Origin: Gekko japonicus
Taxonomy: Eukaryota
Length of the DNA: 64,000 nt
Direction of reading: 5' to 3'
NCBI RefSeq assembly: GCF_001447785.1
Contig: NW_015170319.1
Span: 194,178-258,177, forward strand
The notes below the pieces were generated by a model that saw nothing but the letters and a program-made list of their open reading frames with translations, did no database searches and was not told the DNA's origin. Positions 37,236 through 50,916 of the stretch are shown here, one piece after another (position 1 is the first letter of the stretch; each line of letters begins with the position of its first letter). Made by a program: the position numbers and the translations under genes.

Positions 37236-39908
37236 GCTGCACTCGCTCTCCGTCCGAGAGGGAAGACGGCACGAACACCTACTCCGCGAGGCTAAGGCTC
37301 CCGCGGCACCTCGTAGGGCGGCAGCGCCTGAGCACGGTTCTCGCTGAGAGGACGGAGCCCTCGGCTGCTGAGGCGCCCCAATGCAAATGTGCAGAGGAGA
37401 AGCACCAGTTGCCCAGCTTCTGCAAAGCGAGCGCCTCGGCTGTTCGGCCTGAATGCGAGAGCCGGGATAGCCCGCGCGTCCTTTTATCGTAGTCCTGCGG
37501 GGACCCACGGCCCCCCTTCTGGTAGGCGGGGACCCCCTGGACAAGCTTTGCGTTCTCGGAGTGCGTAACTCGTGGCGGCGGCTACGGCTGCAGTGTGCCT
37601 GCCTCCAGCCTTGAGAGGCGCCACACCCTCCGTCGGACGGGAGGGGAGACGAGCCCGGGCGGGGAGAGCGAGCGAGAGAGATACCTGCTCTGGAGCTCGG
37701 CGCACAACACGCATGGAGCTGCTCCTGCAACCCGAACTGGCCAAGAAAGCAGCCGAGTCGCGCTCCATTTCTCCAGCTTCTTATCCCTTTTTCCAGCTGG
37801 TCAGGTTTTCCACGTAGGAGGTGCCTGTTGCGGTTGCTCAGAGCCCCAAGGAAAGGAGACTCAGAGGAGGAGAGGGAGGGCAAGATTTTCCTTCACTCCC
37901 TTCCACCCGAGCAGATGTCTGCCCCTGCCAGAGCCTCTTCTTCCCACACCCGCCTGTTCCAAGGACTTGAGGAACAAGTTTAAAAGGGGAGGGAGGGAGA
38001 GTGCAAGTCCCTTTACACAGGATCCAGCCTTCTCTTTCATTGTGGTGGGTTAAATAGTAGGGTCAAGTAACCGGGCTCTTTTCTAGACAACCACCTGCTG
38101 CAAGACCCTGAATGGGCTCTCACACAGAGCAGCAAGTCATGGGATAGGTACTGATTTGATGTTGGAACAAGTGGATTTTTGTATGCTATATATCTTATAT
38201 TCAAATGAATGTCAGTTATCACCATTTACCATTAAAAAAAAACACTAGAAACACCAACATATGAAAGGAGAAAGATCCTGTGGGTCACATCTGAATGTGT
38301 TCTCATTTTACACCTTTGAAGGGCAATGATGATTCTGAGTTTATTTTGACCGAGAAAGATTTATTTTTCCTTACTGCTTCATTTACAGACAAACAGAAGA
38401 TCACATGAAACACTAGCACCAACAAGGTGATTTAAAGGTCTCTAGCTACAGAAAGGGCACTTTCTGAACATCTTTAAGAATGTGGTTTGGTTTTAAGAAC
38501 GAGCTTCTGTATAGCTTGCACCGTTCTTTCACAATTCACAATAATACTAAGATCTGTTGTGCATATGTATTTCTGGGAAGTTGTATTCCTTCTAAATCAC
38601 TTAAACAGGCACATTTGTGTAGGTGCTGCCAATCAGCCCCTTTTATAATCCCAAGTAAACTTCAGCAGTACAGCTAATCCATTTCATTCTTTATATGTAG
38701 CCCTTTTGAGATGTGCACTATTTCAACTGTCAGTTCTGCACATTTCCTGTCTCTCCCACCCCATTTAAGATAGGCCTCTTGTAGAGAGACCCAGGGCAAA
38801 GAACAAATATGCACGTGCCTTGGATAAACAGCTCCTGTACTTATTGGTGGGTCTCCAGTAATACTTCTGAATCCAAGGTCTCCTATTGCGTCATGTGCAC
38901 ATAAGGTTAAACTTCAGAAGGCCAAATGAAAGGAACAGTAAACCAAGTTCTTTCCTGGCATTTGGCTTTTTCTCAATGACAATATTTCAGCACTGCCATC
39001 TGGTTCTAATACTTGTGCCTTAGATCCAAAGGCCATTCTAGTCCATAGCATTTTTTTTTAAGTTTCATGCATATACAAGGGGACACTTGCTAAATATACA
39101 AGAAGTGGTCTGTATGTCCTGCATACATATTGGTAGTTTTAGTACAATGTTTCAGGTAGAGCAGCATAAAGCCGTAAAATGTGATTAGTTCTTTTTCACC
39201 TGTTATTTACTTACATTTTTTGCACAGGTGCCATATCACTTCAGTATCTTGCTATGGCCCAGTGTAAAATTTTCAAGCATGGACCAGAGATTCTGTAGTT
39301 CTGGTGAACAACACCAGAGGCTGAAAAAAAATTAGTTATTTCATTCTTGATTCATGTATGTCAGAACAGATTCTTAGGCGCTTATCCAAAATAAAAGCTA
39401 TAAGGGATGTTATTGCAGTGCAGTTTGCAACTATTTTTTTCTTCCTTAGAAATCACTAATATAGTAAATTCACAGCAGGCATGAAAACTAATTCTAGGAA
39501 AAATGAAATGGCAAGCTCATTTCAAATAGGTATAGCACTTTTGTTTCCTTTCACTTGAAACCATCAATAAAACTGTTTGGCATGTATGCTTTTCATGAAT
39601 TTCTCAAAAAAACCATTTACAGTTTTAAAATGATCAAATTGTGTTGTCCTTATAGTAGTTATTGTTACTGTAATGTCTATATTGCAATAGTTACTCCAAA
39701 AATCATGAAAATGCCAAAATATTTTGAACGTATCCCACTTCTGAATACGCTTATTTTCATATCTGCACGTCGTATCATTTTATGTTGCTAACAAATATTG
39801 TTTTAACACTGTGATATAACTTCAATACTCTTTCTCTCTCTGACGTTTAGTTTTGAAAGACACAGACCACCTTAATTTTTTTCCAACATGAAAAGCCTAA
39901 TAGTTTCT

Positions 39909-39922
39909 CCACCAGATGGCAC
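39909..39922 (+). promoter_or_regulatory. Candidate CTCF site CCACCAGATGGCAC
   Basis: Close match to the CTCF core consensus CCASYAGRKGGCRS. A weaker site, CCAGCAGATGGCTC, lies at 40901-40914 in the same orientation. Confidence 0.5.
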
Positions 39923-41196
39923 TCTCTTATTAAAAATAAAGATTCCCACCCCCCCATAACTGCATGGTCTGTGCAATATATGAATCTTCGGATCTTTGGA
40001 AGCACTCTCAGTATTTTATTTCTAGAACAACTTGCTTATCTGTAGTAATATTGTTTTGTTTGGTATCTAAGGAATCATTTTCACTAACCAGACATAATTC
40101 AGGAGCATTTTTCAGGGCAAAAATAGAGAACAGTCAGAATGTATAATCATTTGGCATACATTACATTTTGATTAGTTAATCACATTACTTGTATTAGAGT
40201 AACATGACAGAAGATTATTTTTTCCACATATATAGTGAAGGGGAAAGTCACAGGGTGCAACTTTTCCACCACAAAAATAGTTTATAAATTGCCTGTACTT
40301 GGTAAACTAGATCTTGCTGTTGTCTCTGAACCAAACCATTGGCTTAGAGAGGGGACTGTGCCTCAGTAGCAGAACATCTACTTTGTTATGCAGAAGATCC
40401 CCATGCTGAGTCCACAGTATCTCCAATCAGAAGGATCAAATAATAGGTAATGCAAAAAAACCCAACAACACTTGAGCCCCTTGGAGACCTGCTGCCAGTT
40501 AGAATAAACAAATCTGACTTTGATAGACTAACGGTCTGACTCAGTGTAAAGTAGCTTCGTGTTTTCCGAAATTATGACGTATCGTGGCTTAGTGCTTCCT
40601 GAGTAAGACTTGAGGTTATACACTGAAGCAGCAAACATTGGTTTGTACATGCTCTACAATCCACAAACAAACCAATCTGCAATCCACATAAATACAAGGC
40701 ATAGCCATGTTTGTGAATGAGCCTGATACCCCATAGCACCAAACTACAGAAAGAAATGTCAAAATGATGATTCAAGTGTCATCTTATTTCACCATTTGGT
40801 AATTTGTTGTGCTGTGGATCTTAAAATTGCAATTGATTTTTAGGACGTGTAAGGAAAGGGGGAAATCTGAAGTGAGTAGGAATGAAAAGAGTTGTATCAA
40901 CCAGCAGATGGCTCACTTATATCAAGCAAACATTCATCTTGAGGAAGAGCTATTTAAAAATGGCTATCTGGATTTGCCATGAATTTGAAATGTGAGTTTC
41001 TGTGTGTCAGCATGGAGAGTTATTTGCTGAATGCTACCTAATTAACTGAGTAATGAAGCAAACTGAAATATTGTCACTGAACCATAGGGCATTATTGATA
41101 ATACAACTGAGAAAGTCTTCAGTGCTAGCAGTAATGCAGAGAACAGCCTGAATGCATGCAGCTATGTTTAAAAGTCTCACCCAGTAAATACATAAT

Positions 41197-41896
41197 GGGT
41201 GTGTTCAGACGTGCCGTTTGATCTGGTGTCGTGACGGTTCAGCTACAGATTTTATCTGCGCGATCACACAGTCAACATCTGCCTCCCGTCCCCGGCTGTT
41301 GGTTTACAGCTCAAAACCCCCTTTAACCCGGAGTATTTTGTTACCAGGTCCCAAAGTGGTGTTTTCTCAGATCTCCCATTTAAAGCCACATTTTCCCTCT
41401 GTGTGATCGCTTCTCCAGTGTCAAGCCACTTCTGGTTTGAACCCCCTCCCCGCTCGAAAGCTGCCCGAGGCTTCCGCTTTTCACCCGCCATTTTTTTTAG
41501 CATTGGTGGTGTGCACATAGGCGGAGCTCCGCCACCGCGTTTAGAAAACTAACATTTAAATGGTCACTTGTTTTAGCGTTTAGATGAATTTGGGATCTCA
41601 CAGAGTCCATTTTTGGGTCAAACATTTAAAGGGAAGTCTTTTGTTGGAGGGGTTGGATTGATATCTGCGCATGCGCCATGATAGTTTCCCCCCATTCTAT
41701 GGATGAGTGCCTATGTGCATGTGCAAACTGAGATTTTTTTAAAAAAAAACCTGCCAATGCACACTGGGGAGCAACGTGACTGCATGGTGAGGTGGGATAA
41801 GGGAGGTAAGTGTGATTGCAATTATCCAGATCAAATTTAATCCGGTCAGAACCGGAGCAGTTTAACCTGCTCTCAGCACACCATCTGACTGCACCC
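41197..41896. mobile_element. PIF/Harbinger-like MITE, copy 1
   Basis: TIRs GGGTGTGTTCAGACG/CATCTGACTGCACCC; 3-bp TSD AAT. Confidence 0.75.
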
Positions 41897-42050
41897 AATT
41901 AGTACTATCAAAGATAGTAATGATCACCATTCAGAGAAATGGAGGTGCCTACATTCAGGCTGTAATGCTAAACATACTTATTAAAGAGTAAGCCCTATTG
42001 AATAAGCCTGAGTATCCTTCAGAGTAGGCCTAGTTATGATGGTACTCTAA

Positions 42051-42777
42051 GGGTGCGGTCAGACAGCATGCTGAGAGTGGGTTAAACTGCTCCAGTTCTA
42101 ACTGGATTATATTTGATTTGGATAATCACAATCACACTTACCTCCCTTATCCCGCCTCACCGCGCAGTCATGTCTCTCCCCGGTGTCTACCGACATGCGG
42201 GAGTGTGTGTCGGTGGGTTATTTTCATTTTTCCTCAGTTTGTGCATGCGCATAGGCACCCTTCTGTAGAAGGGGGGGGAACTATCATGGTGCATGCGCAG
42301 AACCACCAGGGCGAATTAATCCAACCCCTCCAACAAAAGACTTCCCTTTAAATGTTTGACCTGAAAATGGCCTCCGTGAGATCCCGAACTCATCTAAACA
42401 CTAAAACAAATGACCGTTTAAATGTCGGTTTTCTAAACGCGGTGGCAGAGCTCCGCCTATGTGCACACCGCCAATGCACTAAAAATGGCGGGCGAAAAGT
42501 GGAAACCTTGGGAAGCTTTCAAGCGGGGAGGGGGTTTAAACTGGAAGTGGCTCGACACCACTGGAGCAATCAGATGTCAGAAAAGTGTGGTTAGAACTGG
42601 AGAATCAGGAAAACACCACTTGGGGACCCGGTAACAAAGTACTCTGTTTTAAAGGGGGTTTGAGCCAGAAAGTGATGGCTGGGGATGGTGTGCAGATGTT
42701 GGGTGTGTGAACATGGATATAAAATCCGTTACTGAAGCATGCCGAAAGCGGACTAAATGGCCCATCTGAACGCACCC
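42051..42777. mobile_element. PIF/Harbinger-like MITE, copy 2, inverted relative to copy 1
   Basis: TIRs GGGTGCGGTCAGAC/CATCTGAACGCACCC; TSD TAA. The internal sequence is a diverged reverse complement of copy 1. Confidence 0.78.
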
Positions 42778-42977
42778 TAATAGTGACATCCTAAGAAGAG
42801 TTGTACCCTTCTAAACCCATTCACTTCAATAGACTTTGAAAGTTACAGCTGTGCATATGGTGGCACTGTTAGTTTCTAAGGTGATATGAGATGTCCGAGC
42901 GTTCATATGTTTCGAAGTATTTTACAGCTCCGATATCTTGGATGTAGTCCTTTTCAGAAAGATAATTACATATGGAC

Positions 42978-43320
42978 ATTTATTTATTATATTATATTAT
43001 ATTTGATTTATCGGTTGCCCTTCCCTGCGAGAAGGGCTCAGGGCAACTTACATCAAGGATAAATACAATATAATTGAATTAAAACAGCATTAAAATACTT
43101 AAAAACAGAAAACAGCATTAAGTCCAAGATGACAATAATTTCCACCAGTCCCCTGGGTGGAGGGGATATGTAGGAATAAAAGGGAAAGTTGGAGTATGAG
43201 AGTGCTAGACCATTGTCCTCAACCAAAAGCTTGGCAGAACATCTCTGTTTTACAAGCCCTACGGAAAGGTAGTCATTCTCATAGGGCATGGATGGTCTCT
43301 GGCAGAGAGTTCCACCTAGT
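42978..43320 (-). mobile_element. L2-like LINE 3' fragment
   Basis: T-rich tail plus GCCCTTCCC..GGGCTCAGGGC terminal motif, and GGCAGAGAGTTCCAC in the body. Confidence 0.5.
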
Positions 43321-43788
43321 CAAGGACAGCTGGATCTACGTACTGAAATCTACACTCAGAAACAGATTACTGTTGTACAGGTGGATTAATATCTTTTTTT
43401 GTACAGTATCTCTCATTGGAGATTATCAAAGTGGATTAGAAATTAAAATGTAGCCACTTCATTGTCCAAGTGGACATCACTGCTACTGTCTGTAACTAGT
43501 TGCTGAGGGACAATATAAAAATAATTTATAGAATCCATTTAAAATACATTACTGTATCTCAACAGTGATAAAAAATAATGTGATAAAATCCAGTAAAGAG
43601 AAATTGTCCTGAAGATTTAAAAAGTACACCTAGCAGCCCAACAATACAGCCATGATAATCATCATCAAAAGATTTCTGGCCTAAAATAATGAAAGTCTTC
43701 AGTATTGTGTTGATGGTATATATCTTTGCAAACTGTTACAACAGTTAATTATTTTATTAGATTTAATTTCTTAGTGTGTGCTTTACAA

Positions 43789-43985
43789 GTTGTTGTTTGT
43801 TGTTCTGTCGCACAGTCGAGTCCGACTCTTCACAACCCCATGGACCAGATCACGCCAGGCGTTCCGGTCTTCCGCCATCCTCTGAAGTTTGCTCAACTTC
43901 ATGTTCGTTGCATCTATGACACTGTCTAACCATCTCATCCTTTGCCGTCCCTGTCTTCTTTGACCTTCAATCTTTCCCAGCAGAG
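43789..43985 (-). mobile_element. BovB (RTE) LINE 3' end
   Basis: LGKIEGQRRQGRQRMRWLDSV..MKLSKLQ..EDRNAWRDLVHGVVKSRTRL followed by a (CAA)n tail. Confidence 0.88.
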
Positions 43986-46900
43986 GAAACACCAAAAAAT
44001 GGCCCACAGCAGCAAAATCAATTTTTTGCTGAAGAAACAGTTTTAGTGTGTTGATTGCCCTTCTGAATATGGTTTCACATGTACAAAATTAGGCATGAAC
44101 TAGTATCTCACATGTATGTATCCTTACAAACTGAAGTCCGCCTTGAGAACTGTATTTAGCAGGCAGCACTAATACTGGCAGGTAGGCGAAAACCTGTTGC
44201 AGAAGAGACGACATATAAGAAGTCTGTTAAATAGCAGTTTTTGAACTTTTACTGGTGTGAGTGATTGTGTGAAGTCTTGCAAAGCTCTTATGAAATGAGA
44301 AGGATATTGTTGGATTTAGTTTCATTTTTTTTGCCCAATATTCCAGCATGATGTATTAAAACAGCTCTTCCAAGAGTCAAATACATTTTCCTCATATGGA
44401 AACTGGCTACTTTCCTGAGAAACCTTTGGTCAACTATTAGTTATATTTTCGATCAGAGGAGTTCCAGTTTTGCTAACTGTTCCCAGCATGCCAAGGAAGC
44501 AACCTGCTACCAGCCAGCAAAGTATTCTGCATAGGATATGGACAGATAGTATAGCATGAAAGATTCCCTACCCCCACTTATTTTTGTTTTTTAACATCCA
44601 GTCTGCTGAAGAGCTATGCAGAACTCTATTTTTTTTAACACAATAGCCCAGTGCATGCAACAGCTGCATGCATCCATTGAACACTCAGGGAGGGAGAGCA
44701 GGAGAAGGCATGCTGGCTTTTCCCCCTGCCCGGTTGACTGCAAGTATGACTGCATGGAGGAAATGGCCATGCAAACTCTCAGTCTATGTGATTAGTGATG
44801 CTGGTTTTGTAACATCACTTGTGGTTCCAGGTCGTATTTGGGATGGAGAGGCTTGGCCAGCCTTATACTGCCCCGTTCCAAATGACCATTCACACACAGT
44901 TTCTTTGGAAATCAGGTGGCCACAACTTTATTGATTACAGCTGTTATAGGCATTGGCACAGCATGGGTCCACTGGATCTGACTCTTCGGCTGACCCTTCT
45001 GCCAGCTGAGGTATCCATTACCCAGCCAGCCGGCATGGGTAGAGACTGTGGGATGGCAGGTTGCCGGGGTTCACCTGGACGCCTGCTCCTGTGTGAACTC
45101 CCCTGCCACCTGGCAGTGAGGGCCATCGCTGTTAGTCCTTGCGCTTGCCTGCTCCCTTCATCCCTCACGCCAAGACCCTTACCGAGGTCCCCACCTCCGG
45201 AAAATGGCATGCAGGCCGTTTTCTGCCAAACGGATCCGGCCCCATGCTGTCACCGCCAAGAGTTCTGACGAACTGTGTATCCTGAAACTAAATATCGGAA
45301 ACAAACAACACACAACCCATAATGATCCGCAACCCTGTTTACCAGTATCCTCGCCTGCTATGTCCTAACCCTTACAAAGGCCTAAGAAACAGGGAGGGAT
45401 GGGCAGGCAAGCAGCTCCAGTTGTGAACGAAAGGGGGTGAGGACGGCGAGTGGCCTGGGTCACGTATACCCGGGCCTCTCCCTCCGGCCACCCCGCTGCC
45501 CAACGATTGGCTCAGGGAGGGAGGGGAGGTGCCTACCTTCCCACCACTCGCCTGGCCCCACCCCCTCCCGGCCTGGCGACTGGCCAGCCTCCTCCTCCCC
45601 CGCCCAGCCCTGCAAATGGCGGGCCTCGCCTACCCGGGCCCTTTTTGCTGTTCAAAGAGAGAGAGTTCACCCAGCCACTTCTTCCACACAGTTGCCTCTG
45701 CAGGCGACCAGGTGAATGCACAAAGGCAGGGGTCAGTGCCAGCACACTCCTGCTCTCCCTCCTCGCATGTGTAGTGAATGTCATGTGCACTGGCCTTTTG
45801 AATTCTACTTTGGTTGGTCAACAAGAAAGACGGGATATAAATACATAAAAAGATTCATAAAGGGCATTACATGGTTTTTGTTTTGGGTTTCCTGACATGG
45901 AGGATGGAGTCTCTGATATGTATACATTTGGATCCAATTAATAAATTAATTTAAAAAGTACTTGAAAATGATAAGGTATGATCATGCTCAGTGTAAGCAT
46001 ATTTCAAGTAGACCATGAAGCCTGAAAAGAGTGAGGTCTATAAGAGAGTCTGAGAACTCAGATAATACCAAGCACTAATCCACAGACAAATGGTATCGCT
46101 AAGAATATAGTGTAAGTTGCTTAAATGTAAGCTCCCCAAGGGAGAAACTCATCTATTTCTTCCTATCTGTTAAAAGAAGAATTCCTAGTCACAGATTTGA
46201 GCCCCTATGTAAATAGATAATGAACAGCTGATTTGGACTCAACTGTTAGTGTAAAGTGTGCAGTAAGGCCTTCTGAGTATCAGGGATCTAATAAAAGATG
46301 TAAAAAAAGAGACTGGTGCAGGGTTGCAGAAATGCTTACAACTTAATTATAATCATAGAACTGATTACAAAAAGTTTTTGTAGTTGAATACAAAAATTAT
46401 GATAAATTTTCAATCCATGCATTAAGGTTACAATACAGTGCACCATACATAACCATCATTAATACATCTAATTCTCATCATGACCCCATCTATGTATATT
46501 TAAATCTGGAGACTGAGGCCATGTATAGACAAGACAGAGCTTTCTACAAGCTGAAAAAGCTCCAGGTATGCAGACAAATCTGAATTATTTTGTTAAAAAA
46601 GTGTATTGGAGAGTTAACAGCCCCCCCCCCCAAAAGTAACAGAAGCAAAACCTGAAGCTTTAAGAAATGAATGCCCTCTCTGTGGTGGTTGTAGCTGTTG
46701 TTAGGCAACCATAATAGCACTGCAAGCTTTCAAGCTTTGGTTTCTATCAGTGAAAGGTGTGGGGGAGGACCCTTTCCAGGCTGTATTGGTCTTTGAGGGA
46801 GGACTTATTATGGCCAGGCCTCCAGTAGCCACTCGTCAACTTGCTACCATTTGACTCACTTGGGCCTGCATGCTTGCTGCTGTTCAACTGCAGCCACCCC

Positions 46901-49346
46901 ACAAAAGCCAGTGTTGTACATGTTGTAAAATAGTCAAAAAGTGTTTAATACTTAGACTATTAATGGATCTTGCTCTATTGGAAAGAAATGATTTCTTTGC
47001 TTTTAAAAAACCTTTATTTCTAAGGGTAAAAGGTACACGGGATTACTACAAATTAACATAACAGCTACATTTCTAAGCTGCCTATAGTCAAAACTAGCAC
47101 ACAGATAATGGAGAAACTCTCCTTCTTCTTGACCCCTAGAAGGGAAGTCACCTGAAGCAAATGACCAATCTGTATCACAGTAGAAGCTACTTTTCCCGGG
47201 CTAATTCCCCATTGGCTTACTGCCAGGTATCCCTTCCAGGTCAGTCTAAACAATAGCAATACTAGGAGTACAAGTTAACCCTATAATGACTGAATCATCA
47301 GACCTTGTAAACACATACATTTCCAACAGTACAGTGGTTAGACTTTCAGACTAGGAGCCGGGAAACCCAGGTTTGAATCCATACTCTTCCATAGAATTTT
47401 ACTGGGTGACCTTGGGCCAATTGCATACTCTCAGCCTAACCTACCTCACAGAGTTGTGAGGGTAAAATGGAGGAGAAGAGAATGCTATAAGCTGGTCCCA
47501 TTGTGAAGCGAATGAATAATGTAGCCAAAGATGGGTAGCAGATAAAAAGTTGGGTGGGTGGGTGGGTGGGCAGGAAAGAGGAAAGGAAGCAGGGAAAGTG
47601 AGGAAATATGGGCTGCCAGTAGGGGAAAAAACGAACTAGTGCCCCCCACAAGCCCTACTATGCAACTGGGCCTGTCATGGCATCCAGCACTATGAAACAG
47701 CTGGAAGTGTGCAGAGTTTTTACAGGGAAAAGCTGCCAAGAGGATGGAAGGAGAGAAGACAGGGGGGCAGATAAAGCTAGCTTGGATGGTGGGTGGGAAG
47801 GAGAGAAGAAGGCAGGAAGAGGGGAGAAGGGTATATATGCGTTTTCAGGTAAAAGAGAGAGGAAATAGTAGGGGAGGGGAAAATAAGGTGCCCCCCTGCA
47901 ATTCCTTACATGTCTCCCATCTGTACCCTGTAATGTTTGCTGGAGAAAAGTAAGATGTTTGTTTTTAATCCATAGGCTGCAATCCAAACAAGTATTCTAT
48001 TTATGTGGGGTATTGGATAATGGTCCAAAAATATTTTTGTTGAAATATTAACCTCAAAATTTGATTAGCTTAAGAGCATACTTTACATTTAGATGCCATA
48101 AATGTGCTCATTTTTGAATATACATTTCATTCTTCAAACAGTATAATTTTCAGAATTTCAAACTTCTCTAATGGTAGCAAAGTTGTATATTTCAAGTTTC
48201 CAAGCAAGATAAATAGTAAGAATGACTTCTCATGGTACATTTTCCTCTTCAGTTGTACCTATTCGTCAGTCAAAGGGGGGGGGGGCGGACCCTTATTGTC
48301 TCTCTGTGTGTAGGTCCCTTCTTTAGAACATTCGGCTCCTTTCCAATTCTTGTTCATATGGTGTCAGTAGTAGAGGACAGAAGTAGTAGGGGAAATGGGT
48401 GCATTTGTGCAATTGCACAGATGACATTGGTTACAAATAACCTGACCTCCTTCTTTGCAGTTTCTGTGATGACACATGAGCAAGTTTGCTTATCTATTGA
48501 AAGTTACTCTGAACATCACCGCAAGAACAATTGATCTGTAACACTGGTTCTTTTTAGGACACTGTAGCACAAAACCAGCCCTGGATCCTGCCTCTAGGCA
48601 CTCGTCCTGTGCAGATAGAAGGTGACAGCTCATCAGATATCTTGTGTATGAAGTATCCTTTCCTATTATCCTGAAGGAGGTTGGGGGAAGACCAGTATCC
48701 GGATTTGGGTAGAGTACTGACGCCACCCTAGGGCCAACACACATGTTCATCCTCAAGTCAGCCTCACATATACCAAAGTGCAAGGGTGGGAGGGTTAACT
48801 TTCAGTTCACCTTTGGTATGCTGATACAATTTCTATCAAGAAAACCATTTTGAAAACATCTTGAAATAGCTAGTTGAAATAACTAGTTACCAAGAGTCTC
48901 CTCATTAGTTGCTCTAAAACAAGCAGCAAGCTCCAGACTGGCATAATATAACACATGGACACAGATTCTGATTCCTTTTTTTCTGGAACAAGAAAGAGAG
49001 AAAGAGAGAGAGGCACTGTTTATCTTATCATTCTAAGTCAATACACATCACTAGGTATATTCAAAGGGAAGACAGCATTAATCCTACACCTTGTAGGAAA
49101 AGCATGTACTTTTAAGATAAGGTCCAGAGACCTGACAATCTACCAACTAAGCATTTAATCAGTCACTCTTCTTGTCTCAGCATCCAAACATCTGGATGCA
49201 GCACTGGTACAAAAGATTTGCTTATTCTGGAAGGAATAAGAAAGCTCTCCCCCCCCCCCCAATTAACAGATCAGTCACATGAATTAGGGCTTCTGCAGGC
49301 ACCGGAGGGGTTCACAGGGATGCAGCTGTTGTGATCTCAGTGTTGT

Positions 49347-50548
49347 TGCTTTTTTTGAAACCCCCAAAGGGTTTTTATTATTTTTTCATAAGACTACATA
49401 ACTACAAAGAAATATATGGGGGGGGGACTACAACTATGGATAAAGAAAAGATACCCACACTAACTAAAAACCCAAGAGAGGGAGATCACATCTGTGTTAA
49501 ACTAAATAATAGTGATTAAAGTGTTAGTAACACAATATACTTGTAAAGTTCTTGTTTTTCACAGCTTCTATGTTAGTATGTTAGTTATTATAAGAGAACT
49601 TTCTGAGCATCTTCTTTATTTCAAAAGGTGATTTTCAAAGTCCTTCTGCCCTTACTTCAGTTTTCTATCTCTAAAATCGTATACAGCTTTCATTGCTCCC
49701 GCACCTGTTTCAACCGCAGAGTCCTCATCTGTTCCAGAGGTGGCAGAGTCACTTGATTTGGTTTCTTCATCTTTGGATTCTTCCCCCTATCCCAGCTGAT
49801 GTCTCAAGAATTCCTTGGCTTTAAAGATGGAGTCAATCTTCTCTCTTTTATTGTTGATTTTAAAGATGACACCTTCGGGGATCGCCCACCGGTTGAATTC
49901 CATTAGTTTGAAGAAAAGAAGTTAAGTCCTTATAGCTTTTCCTCTTTTGATGAATTTCAAATGGAATGTCTTTTAAAGTCTTAATGATTGTATTCCCCAA
50001 TTTCAGTGGAGTTGCTGACGTTGCCTTTAATATAGCATCTCTGGTCTGTCTTCTTGCAAATCAGACCACAATCTCTCAAAATAAACTAGCTGTTTATTTC
50101 CTCCTTTCCCCCTTCAATACGTTTATCTGTCCAAGCGCTTAAGAGGCGTCCCTCTTTGCGCTCCGCTTTTCCCACGGGGGGGGGGGGTAATTAGTTTTTT
50201 TTAAAATAGTCCATTTACTTAGAACTCAGGTTCATTGTTGGTCGTATCTCTGGCCTCGCTCACATCATTCGTTATTCCACTCGATCTCCCACGCTTGTCC
50301 CAGTCGAATTAGCTTGTGCCCGGAGACCACACAATGGCAGGACCGTCAGGGCGGAGGGAAGCCTTGATTCTCTGGCATCGAGCCATTGAAGAGGCTAGCC
50401 CTCAAAAGCCCTCTGGCCTGGAGTCTATCACAAAGGATCTATGGAGGTGCCACTTGAGGTAACACCCCTCCACGCCACTGGTGTGCTAATCGCTCCCCCG
50501 AGGTCCGGGGAGAGCGACCACCATCGCCAATCCACAAACCGGATGTCC
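49347..50548 (-). mobile_element. ORF1-only L1-derived element (HAL1-like), both ends present
   Basis: 17-bp TSD TGTGATCTCAGTGTTGT at 49330-49346 and 50549-50565. 5' end GGACATCCGG. Decayed ORF1 C-terminus REIVV*FARRQTRDAILK..TLKDIPFEIHQKRKSY..RWAIPEG. AATAAA and a short A tail. Confidence 0.78.
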
Positions 50549-50916
50549 TGTGATCTCAGTGTTGTGGAGAACTTGAGGAGACAGCTGTATCTATGGGTAA
50601 ATTTAATGAAGAATCCAAGACTATTTTTGTAGGCATACAGCCCCCAAGAAACCAGGGTGCCTATGCCCCACTATTGACATTTTGCATTCTGCAGTGTAAT
50701 GAAAAAAATTCCTTGAGGCCGACCTCATCATTGATTCTAAGATGATGTGATCTCAAGATGGAAGGATCAGTCATGCATTTCCTCTCTGGCCTCACTGAGA
50801 GATTACTTTGTTAAATACGGTATCTCTGTCACATGTATTCCTCCTAGAAACAAATACTTCAACTAGCATACCTAGCCTATAATTTTAACATCCCCCTCCT
50901 CTTTTTTTTTTTTTTT

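Noticed and set aside
37236-37883. 216-aa N-terminal extension of the 430-aa ORF upstream of the ADAMTS1 ATG
   Set aside because: It runs through the GC-rich promoter where stops are scarce, has no in-frame ATG and shows no recognisable similarity. The signal peptide begins at 37235.
44650-45850. GC-rich block with several ORFs of 80-150 aa (a similar block lies at 16250-17000)
   Set aside because: No recognisable domain or exon structure. It is probably unclassified repeat sequence, and I could not define termini.
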